Source: Octopus vulgaris (lineage: Eukaryota). Taken from it: a stretch of DNA of 64,000 bases. Position 1 is the stretch's first letter. Each line of letters begins with the position of its first letter. The stretch lies in contig OX597819.1 in NCBI GenBank assembly GCA_951406725.2, positions 79,546,001-79,610,000 on the forward strand. The letters run 5' to 3'. This document shows, one piece after another, positions 29,107 through 42,926 of the stretch. The notes beneath the pieces were generated by a model. It made no database searches. It was not told where the DNA came from and saw only the letters and a list, made by a program, of their open reading frames with translations. Position numbers and translations under genes: made by a program.

Positions 29107-30379
29107 GCCGTTTATGTTGTCATTCATAATGTTGTTGTTAGTGTTGTCGTAAATGCTATTTGTCTGTTTGTTGTCGTGGTTGCTTTTGTTGCTCTTATTG
29201 TGTTCTCTGTGTTGTTTTTATTAGGTGTTCTTTTCGCAACCTGTTGCCAATATCATTATTCTCCTAGTTCATGTTGCTATTCTTCTCTGATCGCTGGTAC
29301 TGCTGCTACTATTGCTTTAACTAATTTTTGTGTTAGTGTTGTTGCAATTCTTATTGTATCTGGGGTGGCTGTTGGGACCAAGACTTTTTTTTATTTGATG
29401 CTAATATTATTATTTTTGTAACTGTTTCTGCTATCGCTGTACACATTTCTAATTAGTTTCCGTTACGAATATTGCTACCATTGTGGCAAATATTGCTAAC
29501 GCTAAATAATTAATTCTGGGTGTTGTCCCTCATTATTTTTGCAGTTGCTATTGTTGTGTCTGCTGGTTCTAGTATATGATGCTAAGGGTATCGCTAGCAT
29601 TGTTATCGTTGCTGCTATTGTTGTTGCTAATATCGTTGCTGTTAGCGTAATCAGTATCTAGTTGCGTTTGTCACTTTTAAATTTGTTGATGTTGTCGGTG
29701 GTGGTATTGGTGGTAGTAGTGATTATTGCACTCACTGCTAATATTATAAATCATGCTGAGGTCAACTTTACCTTTCATTCTTGCGAAGAATATAAAATAA
29801 AATACCAATCAAGAATTGGAGCTGACTCTTTTGACTTAAATCCTCACCTTAAACGTGTGACCTTGTAACTATGTTAGAAATCAATATGGTTGCGCTGTGG
29901 TTCAATCTCAGTCAATATGACTTATTGTAGTTTTTGACAATATTTGTTATTGTTTAAACTTGTCCAAGTCATGATCAAACGGACCGGTGATCAGATACGT
30001 TTCAGCCGTTCTCACCACTAGTATGTCTCATATGTGTGTGCTTTTTCAATGTATTTAGACATAAGGTATTTAATATTACATATTTACCGTGTCAATCCTT
30101 TTTAAGACACGAATATGCTATATAAATGAAGTTTGCCCACTAATTTTGGCAGACCATCCTATCACATTGAGAATTGATATATGGTTGTTATCCTTGATGG
30201 TTTGCGATATGAGCTTATGGCGTGGGAAGGACCTATGATCGTTTATTTTACATACACACGCGTGTGCGCGCACACACACACGCATACACACAAACACGCA
30301 AACACGCACAGGCACACTCACGCATGCACACACACACATGCCCATCTCCCAACACCCCTGCACACCCCACACCCCACAC

Positions 30380-31092
30380 AGATATATAAAGAACTTAAGT
30401 GGGGTTCAAAATTCACAACAGCTGTTTCGGCAGCATTTTATTAATACATCTTTAGATTACATTATGGAATAACCACGCCATCTTATGATAAATTTTAAAC
30501 ATATAAAGTAGAAATAGATGTGACTTGTTCACCAGCAATCATGGTAGAACAAGATCCACCATAACTGTTTCTCCATGATTCTTGGTGAAGTTTCTCTCTC
30601 TCTTTCTCTCCCTTTACGCTTTTGCTCGATAGGGCCGGTGTAATGCAAGGTTAGCTTCCCAGAGACGTGATCGTGCGTAGAGTCAACCAGGCCAGGTCCA
30701 TGACTGCCATTCATTGCTCACGGTCCCTTGCCAGTCCCGCTACACCCTCCAAGGAGATCTTCCTTAATCACGTCCAGCCATGGGACCACTTCCGGCCCGC
30801 AGCTCTTGCGTCAAACGGGAGTAAGGGAGCAGGGTGATTTTAGCCAGAGGCGGAGAACATGTCTGTACTAGTGCATGCCGCGGATGGCTATAAGGTTGTG
30901 GGCTGTTGCGTGCGCACACGTTGCTCTTCGTTGGAAGCGTGATGGTAAAATCTGATGTTCTCGAAGGATGTGACAAACGCCATGACATCAGGGCCAATAT
31001 GGAGTGGGAAAGGATCCAGCTTATCACCGACATGTCTTGCCTGTTTGCATGGATAAAAGAGAAAGAGAGAGGGGGAAGAAGTGTAAAGAGAG

Positions 31093-31123
<31 letters not shown>

Positions 31124-31315
31124 TGGGAGAGCAAGATAAAGTATGAAACGGAGGTAAAGAGATGGGGATAGAGAAAAAATAATTAGTAAAAGAAATTAAA
31201 TTTACCTGGAGATGGCGGTGTTTTGCCATAATGCAATCTCAGAATTCATCAATAAAATGCTATCGAAACAGCTGTTGTGAATTTTGAACCCTACTTGTGT
31301 TCTTCTTTATACATA
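30380..31315. repeat. ~120-bp inverted repeat pair (30380-30500 / 31195-31315), Penelope pLTR-like
   Basis: gggttcaaaattcacaacagctgtttcg.agcattttatt..agatt.cattatgg..gccatct is found reverse-complemented ~700 bp downstream. Confidence 0.75.
30630..30970 (-). mobile_element. Degenerate RTE-like LINE 3' fragment
   Basis: IRFYHHASNEEQRVRTQQP..YRHVLRL..WLDVIKEDL..LARDREQ* across frameshifts. Confidence 0.6.
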
Positions 31316-31395
31316 CGCTATACTTGGAAACATATCTGAGTGGGTCCCTACACTCAACACACAATAATATGAAAATGTAAGGGTATATATTTTCC

Positions 31396-31481
31396 CACCT
31401 CCGAGGAGATTCAACTTAAAAATGTTTTTAATTATACTAATTAATTTCTAAAGTCATGAATCGAAACAGCTGTCAGAGGTG
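31396..31481 (+). ncRNA. Degenerate type I hammerhead ribozyme (PLE-type)
   Basis: cacct-CcGAGGA-gattca..tgaatc-GAAA-cagctg-TC-agaggtg; U4 replaced by C, stem I imperfect. Confidence 0.6.
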
Positions 31482-31551
31482 ATGTTCAATTTTGTAATTA
31501 ATAAATAATCATTAATTTAATTATCGCTATTTTCTTATTTTCTTAAAAATG

Positions 31552-31612
<61 letters not shown>

Positions 31613-31731
31613 ATATACACACATGTATATAATTGTGTGTTGCTTCAACATGTTGTACGTTCAATTCTATGTATCCAATGAATTCTGGCGTCCTAATTGT
31701 TGATATACCAAGATTCCTGCGAATCCTACAA

Positions 31732-31821
<90 letters not shown>

Positions 31822-32205
31822 TATATACATACATACATACATACATACATATACATATATATATATACATATATATATACATACATACATACATACATAC
31901 ATATACATATATTTATATATGTATATATGTATGTATATATGTATATGGAGTGCTTTATATATGTGTGCACATCTTTATAAGCATATATATGTTTGTAAAT
32001 ACGTGTGCACCGAGAGAGGGAAAGGAAAAGAGATAGGTGGGAGAAATCGTTATTTATAGATTGGAAGGTTGAAAGAAAAAAGAAAGAGAATTTGTTTTGA
32101 TACGTGTCTGAGAGCTCATGAAGGGAATTGGGAGAAGCCTGAAGGAAGATATACGGATATGCTGATATATACCGATATAAAGAGAGAAATAGATAAAGAG
32201 AGAGA

Positions 32206-32251
<46 letters not shown>

Positions 32252-32968
32252 AACAGATAAAGGAGAGTGAGAAAGAGGGAACAGGAGACAGATAGACATA
32301 AAGAAATAATGAGTAACAGAAGGTGAAAGAAAGAGAAGAAATGATAAAAAATCCTGGGTGGCTGTTTGTGAAAGAGAGATACGGATTGTGATAAGGCACG
32401 TGCATTAGCGTGAAATGGAGAGAAAGAGAGAGGGGGGATGGAAGGATGGACGAGAGAGAGAGTGTGTTAAGAGAGAGAGAGTGTGTTAAGAGAGAGAGAG
32501 TGGTGATAGAGGGAAAAAGAAGGGAGAGAAATTAGAGTTAGTGAAAGAAACAAAGAGTATTCAACTGTATATGTTAAACATAATGGAACAAACCGAAAGA
32601 ATGAAAAACAAAGTCAAGAAGTTCAATGTAAATGTATGTTTAAATGTGTGTGTACATGTGTGTGCGTATGTGAAAGGGAGAGTGTGAGAGAGAAACAAAC
32701 AGAGAGAGGGAGAGATAGAAAGTGTGAATGTATGCCTGTATATGTGAGGTTGCAGATTAAATATTTAAAGACAAAACCTACTGTTGCCTCTTGCACTAAA
32801 CACAAAGCAGCTATTTTTACGAAATACAACATAAAGGTGTTGTTTAAAATTAAGTGAAAAATATCAGAAAGCTAATATATAATTAACAGTATAGTTATTC
32901 TTCAAGTGATCGTTTTTTTTATCACTCTTGCATAAGTACACACACACACCCATACATAGATACATATA

Positions 32969-33320
32969 CAGTACAACCTCGCAGTACGAGTGTCCCATTG
33001 TACGAGTAAAAATGCTGTACGATCCGAGACTCGTGCGAACTTTTGTCTTGAAGTACGAGAAGCAATCCACAGTACGAGCATATAAGTCGTCCCATCTTTA
33101 AGGTAATTCGTTTAATAAAACCAGTTTACATATTTTTTTGCATTCTCTATTTTATAATTGTCATTTTACTTGTAACTTACACCTGTTCTGTTTTAAAACC
33201 AATAAAAAAATTATTTTTGAGTCGTTTTCGGAGGCAGGAACAGAATAATTATATTTAGTTAATTTCAACGGGGGAAAATTGATTTGTAAAACGAGTAAGA
33301 CGAGCTCGGTCATGGAACTC
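32969..33320. mobile_element. pogo/Tigger-like MITE fragment
   Basis: TA+cagtacaacctcg terminus with internal tacgag subrepeats; other end missing. Confidence 0.55.
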
Positions 33321-34662
33321 TAATGTTTTGAATTTGTTTACGTGACGGTTCGTTTACTAAACATTAGTAAGAATATTTGCAGTGTACTTTGTTAATATAA
33401 TGCCACTTACTCCGTTACCAATTCGTCAGCAGATTATTAAGCTTCGAAGGAAGGATAATTTAAGTATTGGATCTATTGCAAAGATTATTAACAAGTCAAA
33501 AAGTGTTGTACACAGTATTCTTAAGGTCTACGATGATTGTGGTTCGTGTGAAGCAAGAAAGTTTACAGGTAGGCCAAGAAAAACGACCAAGAGAGAAGAT
33601 TGTGCTATGGTAAAGTTGGTTAAAAAGAACAGATTTAAAACTGCTCTGCTGTTTCTCGGAAATTGAGCATTGTATTGAAGAAAACTTTATCTCGAAAAAC
33701 TGTGTCGTTTAGTTGAACATGACCTACAAGCAAGAGCACCTGCAGTGAAGCCACTGATCAGCGCCAAGAATAAAAAGTGTCGTCTTAACTTTGCAACCGA
33801 ACATGTGTTGTGGTCTCAAGAAAAATGGCAAACGGTGCATTTCAGTGATGAATCTAAGTTTATGCTATTTGGCTCAGATGGGAAAAGGTACGTTCGTAGA
33901 AAAGTAGGTGAAAAATTGTTGCCTAAATGCCTTAAGACTAGTGTTAAATTCGGTGGAGGAAGTGTCATCGTTTGGGGAATGATATCTGGAGAAGGTGTGG
34001 GCCCCTTGGTGCGATTACATGGAAAGTTAAATGCAGGAGTTTATAAACAACTTTTAAAAGATCATGTCTTGCCTGTGCTGAGAAATTCAACTAAGCGACC
34101 ACCCATATTCATGCAGGACAATACCCCATGTCACAAGGCGAAGGTGGTCATGAACTTCCTCAAGGCTAAAAAGGTTATTGTTATGGATTGGCCTGCTCAA
34201 AGCCCAGATCTCAATCTTATTGAAAATGTGTGGAATATTCTAGGAGAACGTTCGAAAGCCAGAAATCCTAAAACAACTGAGTAGGAAGAATGGAATAAGA
34301 TCACCCAGCAAGAAATTGAAAATTTAATTTCCTCATGCAGTCGAAGATGTCAGAGTGTGATTGAAGCTAAAGGGCTTCACACTAAATATTAAATAATTCC
34401 AGTATTCTCTGTCATTTTTGATTATTTTGTTATTTTTTGAACTATTCTGATCATTTTGGCCGCCATGGGTTTTGCAGTAAATCACTAAATCATCCATAAC
34501 TTTTGTATTATCCTCTCAAATTACACCAAATACTCAGACAATAACTATTGATATTGTATTTATAGTCTGTGAAAATTATAGAATATAAAACAACTTTGAT
34601 AAAAAATTATATCTACTTTTCTGACGAAAACAATGCCGTTCTGAACATTTTGGCCGCAACTG
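33320..34662 (+). mobile_element. Tc1-family (DD34E, IR-DR type) transposon, 5' TIR missing
   Basis: Transposase remnant plus 3' TIR with inner (34445-34465) and outer (34639-34662) ttctga.cattttggccgc repeats, ending ..caactg followed by TA. Confidence 0.9.
33400..34392 (+). pseudogene. Tc1 transposase pseudogene
   Basis: HTH, GRPRK, VHFSDESKF, FMQDNTPCH, WPAQSPDLNLIE (34 residues between D and E), KGLHTKY*; frameshifts near 33650-33720 and 34280. Confidence 0.92.
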
Positions 34663-34676
34663 TATATATGTATATA

Positions 34677-35490
34677 CTAGCAGCATAGCCCGGCGTTGCC
34701 CGGGTATGTAAGAGCCCCTAGTAGGCAACGACTAATCCCAATCTAGTCCTTTCCCTCTAGGGAACGAAGGCGCATGTGTAGGTTGCAATGTCTTCTCTTC
34801 ACTCCCAAATAACTATCAAACAGCTATCGATAATTCAACCCAACCAATTCCTACCAGGAAGAAATTTCATTCGAGACTTTACCCCCAACACCGCCACTTC
34901 TGCTAATAGCTGCTGCAGCCGCAAGTTATTCGGATACTTTTTTTGTTTAAACTTTCTTTATAACTACCACCCCAAACGTTTTACCTTAAATTTTTGACGT
35001 ACCCTAAGGGTCCTCGGACGCTACTTGCAAACTCTTGGTTTATTATAAACCGCTTTTGTTGTGTGCACCAATAAACCTTTTCCATTCGTTTATTCAGTTT
35101 GGTCACTTTTGACTTTTTCGTTGTTGTCACTCACATTGCTGCCCGCTTTTTTGCCGTTTTTGTACATTTTTATACATTTTGGGATACTTACCCCACGTGT
35201 TCCGAGAGTTAAAAAGGTCGAGTTGCGTCCCCTAGACAGTCTGTAGAAAATGTGTTGCATATAAAAAGCTTAGATTCTCGACCCATGTCGAATTTATCGA
35301 TTTCTTTTTCAGAACTGGGGGAACTTTTCAAAATTTTCGCTGCGTTAGTTTTGAATTATGACGTTGGGCTATGTGTGTGTCAAGTTTCATCAGAATCGGT
35401 TGAAAGCCGTGGTGAGGGTGAGGGTGAGGGTACAACCTGACAGACACACAGACACACATACAGACAAACTGCCGTTTATATATAGAGAGA
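34677..35490 (-). mobile_element. Complete non-autonomous Helitron
   Basis: On the - strand: 5' TC start, GC-rich subterminal hairpin (gcccgg-cgttg-cccgggt), 3' CTAG, inserted between A and T with no TSD. Confidence 0.85.
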
Positions 35491-35519
35491 TATATATATG
35501 TATATATTATATATATATG

Positions 35520-35583
<64 letters not shown>

Positions 35584-35682
35584 TACATACACACATACAC
35601 ACACGTCTAGATATGCAACTATATGCATGAGAATACATGCATAAAACATGCAAATCTGCACATACATACATATATCTATTAT

Positions 35683-36091
35683 CCTTTACTCGTTTATTTC
35701 ATTAGACTGCGACCATACTGGGTCTGAAGAAGTTTTAGTCGAATGCATCGACCCTGACGCTTATTTTTTTTAAAGCCTGGTACCTATCGGTCTCTTTTGT
35801 CGAACCGCTAGATTACGGTGACGTAAACACACCTACACCAGTCGTATATATCTATGTGCTTATGTGTGTGTGTGTTTTGTGTCTGTGTTTGTCACCTACC
35901 ACCACCTGACAATTGGTGTTGGTTCATTTACTCTTCCGTAACATAGCGGTTCGGCAAAAGAGAACGAATGAATAAGTACCAGGCTTTAAAAAATGTAACA
36001 AGTGCTGCAGTCGATTTATTCAACTAAAAATTCATGGCTGTGCCTCGGCATGGCCGCAGTCTGATAACCGAAACAAGTAAAAGAGTAAAAG
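35683..36091. mobile_element. Two SINE family A 3' halves in inverted orientation
   Basis: 35683-35845 (-) and ~35862-36091 (+), both carrying cttttg.cgaaccgcta / tagcggttcggcaaaag and the aaacaagtaaaaga-type tail. Confidence 0.75.
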
Positions 36092-36749
36092 CCGAGAGAT
36101 ACGTTATATATTTATGTGATACAACCAGTTAATTCAGATTTACATCTGATAATAACTTGTGTCTTTCAAACGGTAAAGAACCATATAAATTTCAACAGAG
36201 AAAAGAGAGCAGTCTTTATGGCTGTAAGAAGGAGAAAAGGGGAGAAGGAGAGAAGAAGAGATGCAATGTAAGTCTGAGAATAAACAATCACATCATCGAA
36301 ATCTCAATGCTATGAGCTGATACTGGACTAATTCAAAGCAACGTGAATAAATAAATAAATTACATCCGACAGAGTAATTTCAAAGGTAAGGGGTTAATCA
36401 AAGCACTGTGAAGAGGCTGAAGAAGACGTTTTGAACAGTGAAAGATGCTGTTTATTCATTCATTCTCAAATAATTAGATGAAGTCTTTTTCCACACATAA
36501 AAAGTAACTGATATTATCGAGTCTGAAGATTTAAATTTCGAACGACATCGGAAAGTTGCTTCAGATTTATATATTTCTCACTTCTGTATTCGTGAAATAG
36601 AGGACGAAAAGAAAATTCTGGAATGGAAGCGAGAAACTCTTGATGCAGTGATCCATTCTTAAGTACAGACATGTCTCGACTTTATATAATGTTGCAAATT
36701 GATAAACTGGAATAATTTCTAATCTCTTGTACCTGTAAGCGTTCTACTT

Positions 36750-37600
36750 CACAGGAAATCAATTTGCGCACGCATGGCCAGCTTGTTACCACAGCAGAAT
36801 TTGTCGTCAGCAACAAAAGAGAGATACGTCTCCTCACTTTTTTCACAAAGCTTAACTGTCAATGCCAAAGTCTACAATATTAGAAAAAGTTGAAGCTCTA
36901 GTTCAGTGATTTTCAACCATCTTTACCTATGGAGCCCTTTAACTTCTATTTTATGCTGGTGGACCCCAACAGACATTCGATGTTTCAAAAACTAGTTTTA
37001 TAGATACTTCTTTCAAAAGTCCTAATTTCTTTTTCTCAGGTTCACTTGCATACATTAGCAAGAGATATGTTTAACTATGTTAAGCTTTTGAGAAAGAAAC
37101 TTAGCTGTATCTTGCAGTTCATCTAAGGCAAATTGTTTTCATGAGCCCTTAAAATGATATTGTGGATCTTCAAATGACTATTTTGCTTACGTTGACAGCC
37201 CAAAATCTTATATAGACCCCCAGGGGCCATATAGATTCTGGTTGAGAACCACTGCCCTAGATAGTGAGAGAGAACGCAACGGAAGACCGTACGTCTTCCA
37301 AACAGACTCTGCGACGCCTCATAAGGATAGAACAACCCAAGTGGGGATGCGTGCCAATTTTCCTGATCATATTTTCTCAGACCTATTCCACAGAACTATT
37401 ACGTATAGGGCGTATCGAGAAAGAGGGGTCAATCAATATGCCCATAACACCATACAAACTCTCAAGTTCGCTGTAAACAGTACAATGTCTAAAAGTTTAT
37501 ATAAAGCATCTCATTAGGAGATGTCAACGCTTCTGACCCCGTATTGAAGCAACATTCATGCTGACAATAAATTCATTGAATTGGTGTTATAAAAAGATTC
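36750..37600 (+). mobile_element. Degenerate maT/mariner transposase catalytic region
   Basis: NGRPYVFQTDSATPHKDRTTQ..NFPDH..NYYV..ERGVNQYAHNTIQTLK; split by the hAT MITE. Confidence 0.7.
36904..37254. mobile_element. hAT (Charlie-like) MITE
   Basis: TIRs cagtgattttcaacc / ggttgagaaccactg; 8-bp TSD ctctagtt / ccctagat (6/8, NTCTAGAN-like). Confidence 0.85.
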
Positions 37601-37645
37601 TCAAGATCATTCGCACCAAATCGTTTCCAAATACAACTTCTTCTG

Positions 37646-37953
37646 TGGAGGCGCAATGGTCCTGTGGTTAGGGCAGCGGACTCGCGGTAGGAGGATCGCG
37701 GTTTCGATTCCCAGATCGGACGTTGTGTGTGTTTATTGAGCAAAACACCTAAAAGCTCCACGAGGCTCCGGCAGGGGATGGTGGCGACCCCTGTTGTACT
37801 CATTCGCCACAACTTTCTCTCACTCTCTCTTCCTGTTTCTTGAGTAACACTGCGATGGACTGGCGTACCGTCCAGCTGGGCGGGGGAGGGGGACACATAC
37901 GCCCAGAAACCGGGAAATCGGGCCCATTAGCCTGGCTAGGCTTGAAAAGGGCG
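37646..37953 (+). mobile_element. SINE family C (tRNA-derived), full length
   Basis: tRNA-like head with A box (tggtcctgtgg) and B box (ggtttcgattcc), body, A-rich tail at 37956-37964. Confidence 0.85.
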
Positions 37954-38385
37954 ACAAAAAAAAAGCAACTTCTATGAGCTATGCGTCTTTTTTCTAAATT
38001 CATACAAATGATCTCAAAAAACTGACACAGTCTGTATATAACAGGACATTATACAATATGCTTCAACAGGTTACAGCTGTTTCTGCTATAAGATACAGTA
38101 CAGTCAGAGCTGACTGTTTGTGCCTCAGAGCTTCTGAATCGAAGTGCAAGTTTATTTGGGAAAAAGGTTGATATATATGGAAAATACAGACCGCCGTCAG
38201 TCACGAATGACTATGGGGTTGAATGTTGAAATTACGCTCCGATGCACAAGACTAGGCAAGATTGTTTATGGAATACCAGCAGTCACCTATGCATAGTAAC
38301 CTCTCCTCTCCGTGTCACCGATGTTATCCAAAGGAAAAGCAAAGGCCGATACAGTATGGAACTGCTGCATAATAAATGGTGTATA

Positions 38386-39277
38386 CAGTAATCCCTCGGC
38401 TATCGCGGATGTTACGTCCAAAAAAACCCCACGATAGGTGAAAATCCACGAAGCAGAAACAGCACTGTATTGTATATACTCTTTTTACTCTTTTACTTGT
38501 TTCAGTCATTTGACTGCGGCCATGCTGGGGCACCGCCTTTAATCGAGCAACTCGACCCCGGGACTTATTCTTTTGTAAGCCCAGTACTTATTCTATCGGT
38601 CTCTTTTGCCGAACCGCTAAGTAACGGGGACATAAACACACCAGCATCGGTTGTCAAGCAATGCTAGGGGGACAAACACAGACACACAAACACACACACG
38701 CATATATACATATATATACATATATACGACAGGCTTCTTTCAGTTTCCGTCTACCAAATCCACTCACAAGGCTTTGGTCGGCCCGAGGCTATAGTAGAAG
38801 ACACTTGCCCAAGGTGCCACGCGGTGGGACTGAACCCGGAACCATGTGGCTGGTAAACAAGCTACTTACCACACAGCCACTCCTGCGCCTATGTTTTTTT
38901 ATTTTTATTTTTGTAATCTGTATATATTTATTTTATTATAAATGCAAAACAACACACCACACTCGCGCCATACATACAGTGTGTGCGATCCTTTGTTCAC
39001 TCATCTACGGCACACTATTTTCTCTTAATATATTTAATTAATGTGTTATACTGTGCTGTGCTCTATTGTAGTTTATTAATTTATTAATTTTTGGGCGTGA
39101 AAATGCTTATTTTACCACAGAAATAATTAAAATCTTAAAAAATATAAATAACTATCGGCCGCAGAAACCCGCGATATACTGATGAGTTGGCGATATAAAT
39201 TTACATATATTAGCCAGAAAAATCCGCGATGTACTGAGGGTGCGATAGGTGAACCGCGATATGGCGAGTGATTATTG
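38386..39277. mobile_element. pogo/Tigger-like MITE with nested SINE
   Basis: TIRs cagtaatccctcg / cgagtgattattg, TA on both sides, internal ccgcgat subrepeats. Confidence 0.8.
38478..38890 (-). mobile_element. SINE family A, full length
   Basis: tRNA-like head ggcgcaggagtggctgtgtggtaagtagc..gggttcagtccc, internal TA/TG microsatellite, tail gtaaaagagtaaaaagagt. Confidence 0.9.
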
Positions 39278-39508
39278 TATTTATATATTTTCTCTGAGTC
39301 GCTTGTATCCTTCATTTTTAATGCGTTTGCATATTTTTGACGGTGAACTTTTCCGTGTTTGTAAATGCTTTTCCAATTAAACTTGCACTTCATTTTCGAA
39401 GCTCTGAGGAAAATATAAGATGATGCAAAAGCAATGAGCTTTCAGTGTGCTGCATCATATAGAAGGAACAACTACTGCACATTGTCCTGTTTCCTTGTCA
39501 TTTATTCA

Positions 39509-39597
<89 letters not shown>

Positions 39598-39602
39598 GTA
39601 TA

Positions 39603-39663
<61 letters not shown>

Positions 39664-39814
39664 TTTTTGCCATCAGCATTTCCAAAAAGTGTGGCTGCTC
39701 CTTCACAAGCCTTTACCACTATAAATACATATATGCATGCTTACATATATACATACATACATCCATCCATACATACATACATACATACATACATACATAC
39801 ATACACATAGATTA

Positions 39815-39869
<55 letters not shown>

Positions 39870-40558
39870 CGTACACACATACATATCAGTATGCACGTGT
39901 GTGTGATGAGTGGCTGTGTAAGGTCATATATGCATATGAGAGCATTTATGTATACGTTCCTTTACAACTCCCTGTATTTCAGACTGCATATGAATGCGTT
40001 TGTTAGTGTATGAGTGTGTTTTTGTGTATTGCTGTATGTGTTTGCAAGTGCACGCGTGAGAGAGAGAAAGAGAGAAGGAGAAAAAGACACAAAGAGAGAG
40101 AGAGAGAGAAAAAGAGAGAAAGAGAGATCTGAATGTGTATTAAGTGTGATATCAATAACACATCCGTATGTCACTTATACAAAATCAGGACTAACATCGG
40201 AATAGACTGCGAGAAAGCGGTTGAGCGAGAAACATTCACCTTTACAAGACAAGTTATTACAACGTATGAATTTCGCATGATGTTTGACAGATGAAACGTT
40301 AGTGAAGGAACTTCTGCCGTCATTTAAGATATGCACGAGTGAAAAGAGGCGCCTAAGACTTTGTCGAAATGCACTCTTTATGACGGAAAATATCTACGCT
40401 TTCATATTTTCTCATAGTATTTAGAGAGAGAAAATAAAGAGAAATATGGCTTTCCCACAGCAAACACAACATTAGTTTACTGCCGACAGACGGCGCGTCA
40501 AAAGCTGGGAGCTTCATGTATTTTCTATTGGATTAATTCAAATGCCACATTCACTTAC

Positions 40559-40582
40559 GTGTACATTTTGAGCGGCCGCCAT
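40559..40582 (-). CDS. Candidate first coding exon (MAAAQNVH, phase 0) of an unidentified gene
   Basis: aaaaATGGCGGCCGCTCAAAATGTACAC followed immediately by consensus donor GTAAGT, in a locally CpG-rich, TE-free segment; no downstream exon identified. Confidence 0.4.
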
Positions 40583-40634
40583 TTTTATGAAGCAAAAGAG
40601 GCGAGTGATTTATTGCATATATTGAGTTAGGCTC

Positions 40635-40651
40635 TGCTGCTGCTGCTGCTG

Positions 40652-40719
<68 letters not shown>

Positions 40720-40735
40720 GCTTCTGCTGCTGTTG

Positions 40736-40797
<62 letters not shown>

Positions 40798-40907
40798 GCG
40801 ACTACTACATCATTGGTGCTGCGACTAATTTTACGGTCAGTGTGACATTCTCAGAAAGTAACATTGCTACTGCTTGATAATGTCGTTCGTTTTCGATGAT
40901 GATGATA

Positions 40908-40940
<33 letters not shown>

Positions 40941-41340
40941 ATAGCGAACGAGTATGACAATGATGACAACGATGATGATGATGATGATGATGACGACGAT
41001 GTTGATAATGATCATGACTGTGATGATGTAGTGCTGCTGCTGAAGATGAAGATGGGGTGATGGTGGTGGTGAAGTTGGCAATGGCGACCACGACGACGAT
41101 GGCGATGATAAAAACGGTGTTGATGATAATAACGACGACGATTACGACGATGATGACGATAATGATGAAGATGACACTGGCAACGATCACGAAAGCAATG
41201 ACAATGTGATGACGACAACGACAACGACGACGACGACGATAAAGACGACGACGACGATGATGACGATGACAGCGATGACTACGACGACGATGACGAAGAC
41301 GACGACGATAATGATGATGATGACGATGATGAAGATGAAA
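40635..41340. repeat. (GCT/ACT)n and (GAT/GAC)n trinucleotide tracts
   Basis: Direct reading. Confidence 0.85.
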
Positions 41341-42487
41341 GAGGACAACCACGGTTAATGTTCGCGTGATTGAGATGAAAGCAGAATGAAATTTCATACA
41401 AAAATATCGATTTGTCAGTAAAGCAAGCAACAGGTAAATAATATTTAAGTTTCATTGAATAGATTTTTGGAGAAAATGGTTTTCTTATATTGGCACCAAG
41501 CGAACAATATAAGAGCAACTGTAGCTGAAATCCGGTCATCGTTTGCTTGAATAATGTAACGGAGACCACATTAGCCAAAGTTTCCTTTCTTTTATGAGAA
41601 ATCGGCAGTTGCCTATGGAATTAACTCCATCCTCTCCACGAAGTGATTCGTGTTGTCTAAGGGGAAAAAAATCAACTTTCGTTGGCACCAATTTCGCCAG
41701 AACCCTAAAAACTAGAACAAATACTACATAACATCCCATCTGGAGTTTTAACAATTCCGCCAATTTCATGAAACAATAAACAATAAACCATGACCTCGAT
41801 CGTATTCGAATGCCGAGAACAAAATGCCGCCAAAACAAATAACGCAAGTTTTTCTAATTCGCTGCCATAAAAATATTCATCGTCGTAAATATATTTACGT
41901 GACAAAACATAAAAATATTCACAGAAAAACAATTTCAATGCTATGAAATAAATTATCGCCTCTATTAAATGTCCTTCCTCAAACGAAAAAATATCACTAA
42001 CATACAATAAATTCACTACTTAAAAATTTCACTGAAAAATATTTTATTCTTATAAAAATAAACCCGCTTTAAGTAAGAAAAAAAGGCCTAATAATATCGT
42101 CACTGAAAAATCCTTTTGGCCAGGGCTGTGCAGTGAAAAATAAGAAAATGTATAACAGGACATGAATCCTCGATAACCTATAATTTGGGGGGACATTTGA
42201 CTTATATTTCTAACGGGTTGTAAGTGATTGTAGTCATAGAAAATTTGGGTGATTTTTTTCTTCCACGGGTAAGGAACATGACTCTGTGACGAACATAGTA
42301 CATATGCTTGGGAGGTATAGAAAGATATTAGATACTCATAACCCCCGTAGATCATGGCTTCGAAGATTCTATTCGGGGTTGTCATGTATATCTGGTGTGT
42401 CATGTCTACGTGGTGAACAGAAATAAAATCGCAAGAAGTTTGTTCTAAATTTAAATACCACATACATACATACATACAGACAGACAT

Positions 42488-42533
<46 letters not shown>

Positions 42534-42722
42534 GCACGCACGCACGCACGCACGCACGTACATACATGCATGCATAATATATACATACATACATTAGTTC
42601 ATATATATAGGTATATGCATACATATAAATTTACATGTATGTATGTGCATGTATGAATGTGCTTTTCTATGTATGTATATGTATGTATCTATCTCAGTCT
42701 TTCTGTTATATATATGTGTGTG

Positions 42723-42762
<40 letters not shown>

Positions 42763-42879
42763 TAAATACCTTCATGACTATATATATATACATACAAATA
42801 TATATTTGTAAATATGTGTATGTATGTGTGTGTATCTATATGTATATGTATATCTATCTATGTATACACACACACACGC

Positions 42880-42926
<47 letters not shown>

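Noticed and set aside
29026-29421. Hydrophobic membrane-protein-like ORF
   Set aside because: Derived from degenerate (GTT)n/(GCT)n low-complexity sequence
37646-37720. tRNA gene
   Set aside because: The tRNA-like head runs into a repeated SINE body with an A tail; not a standalone cloverleaf gene
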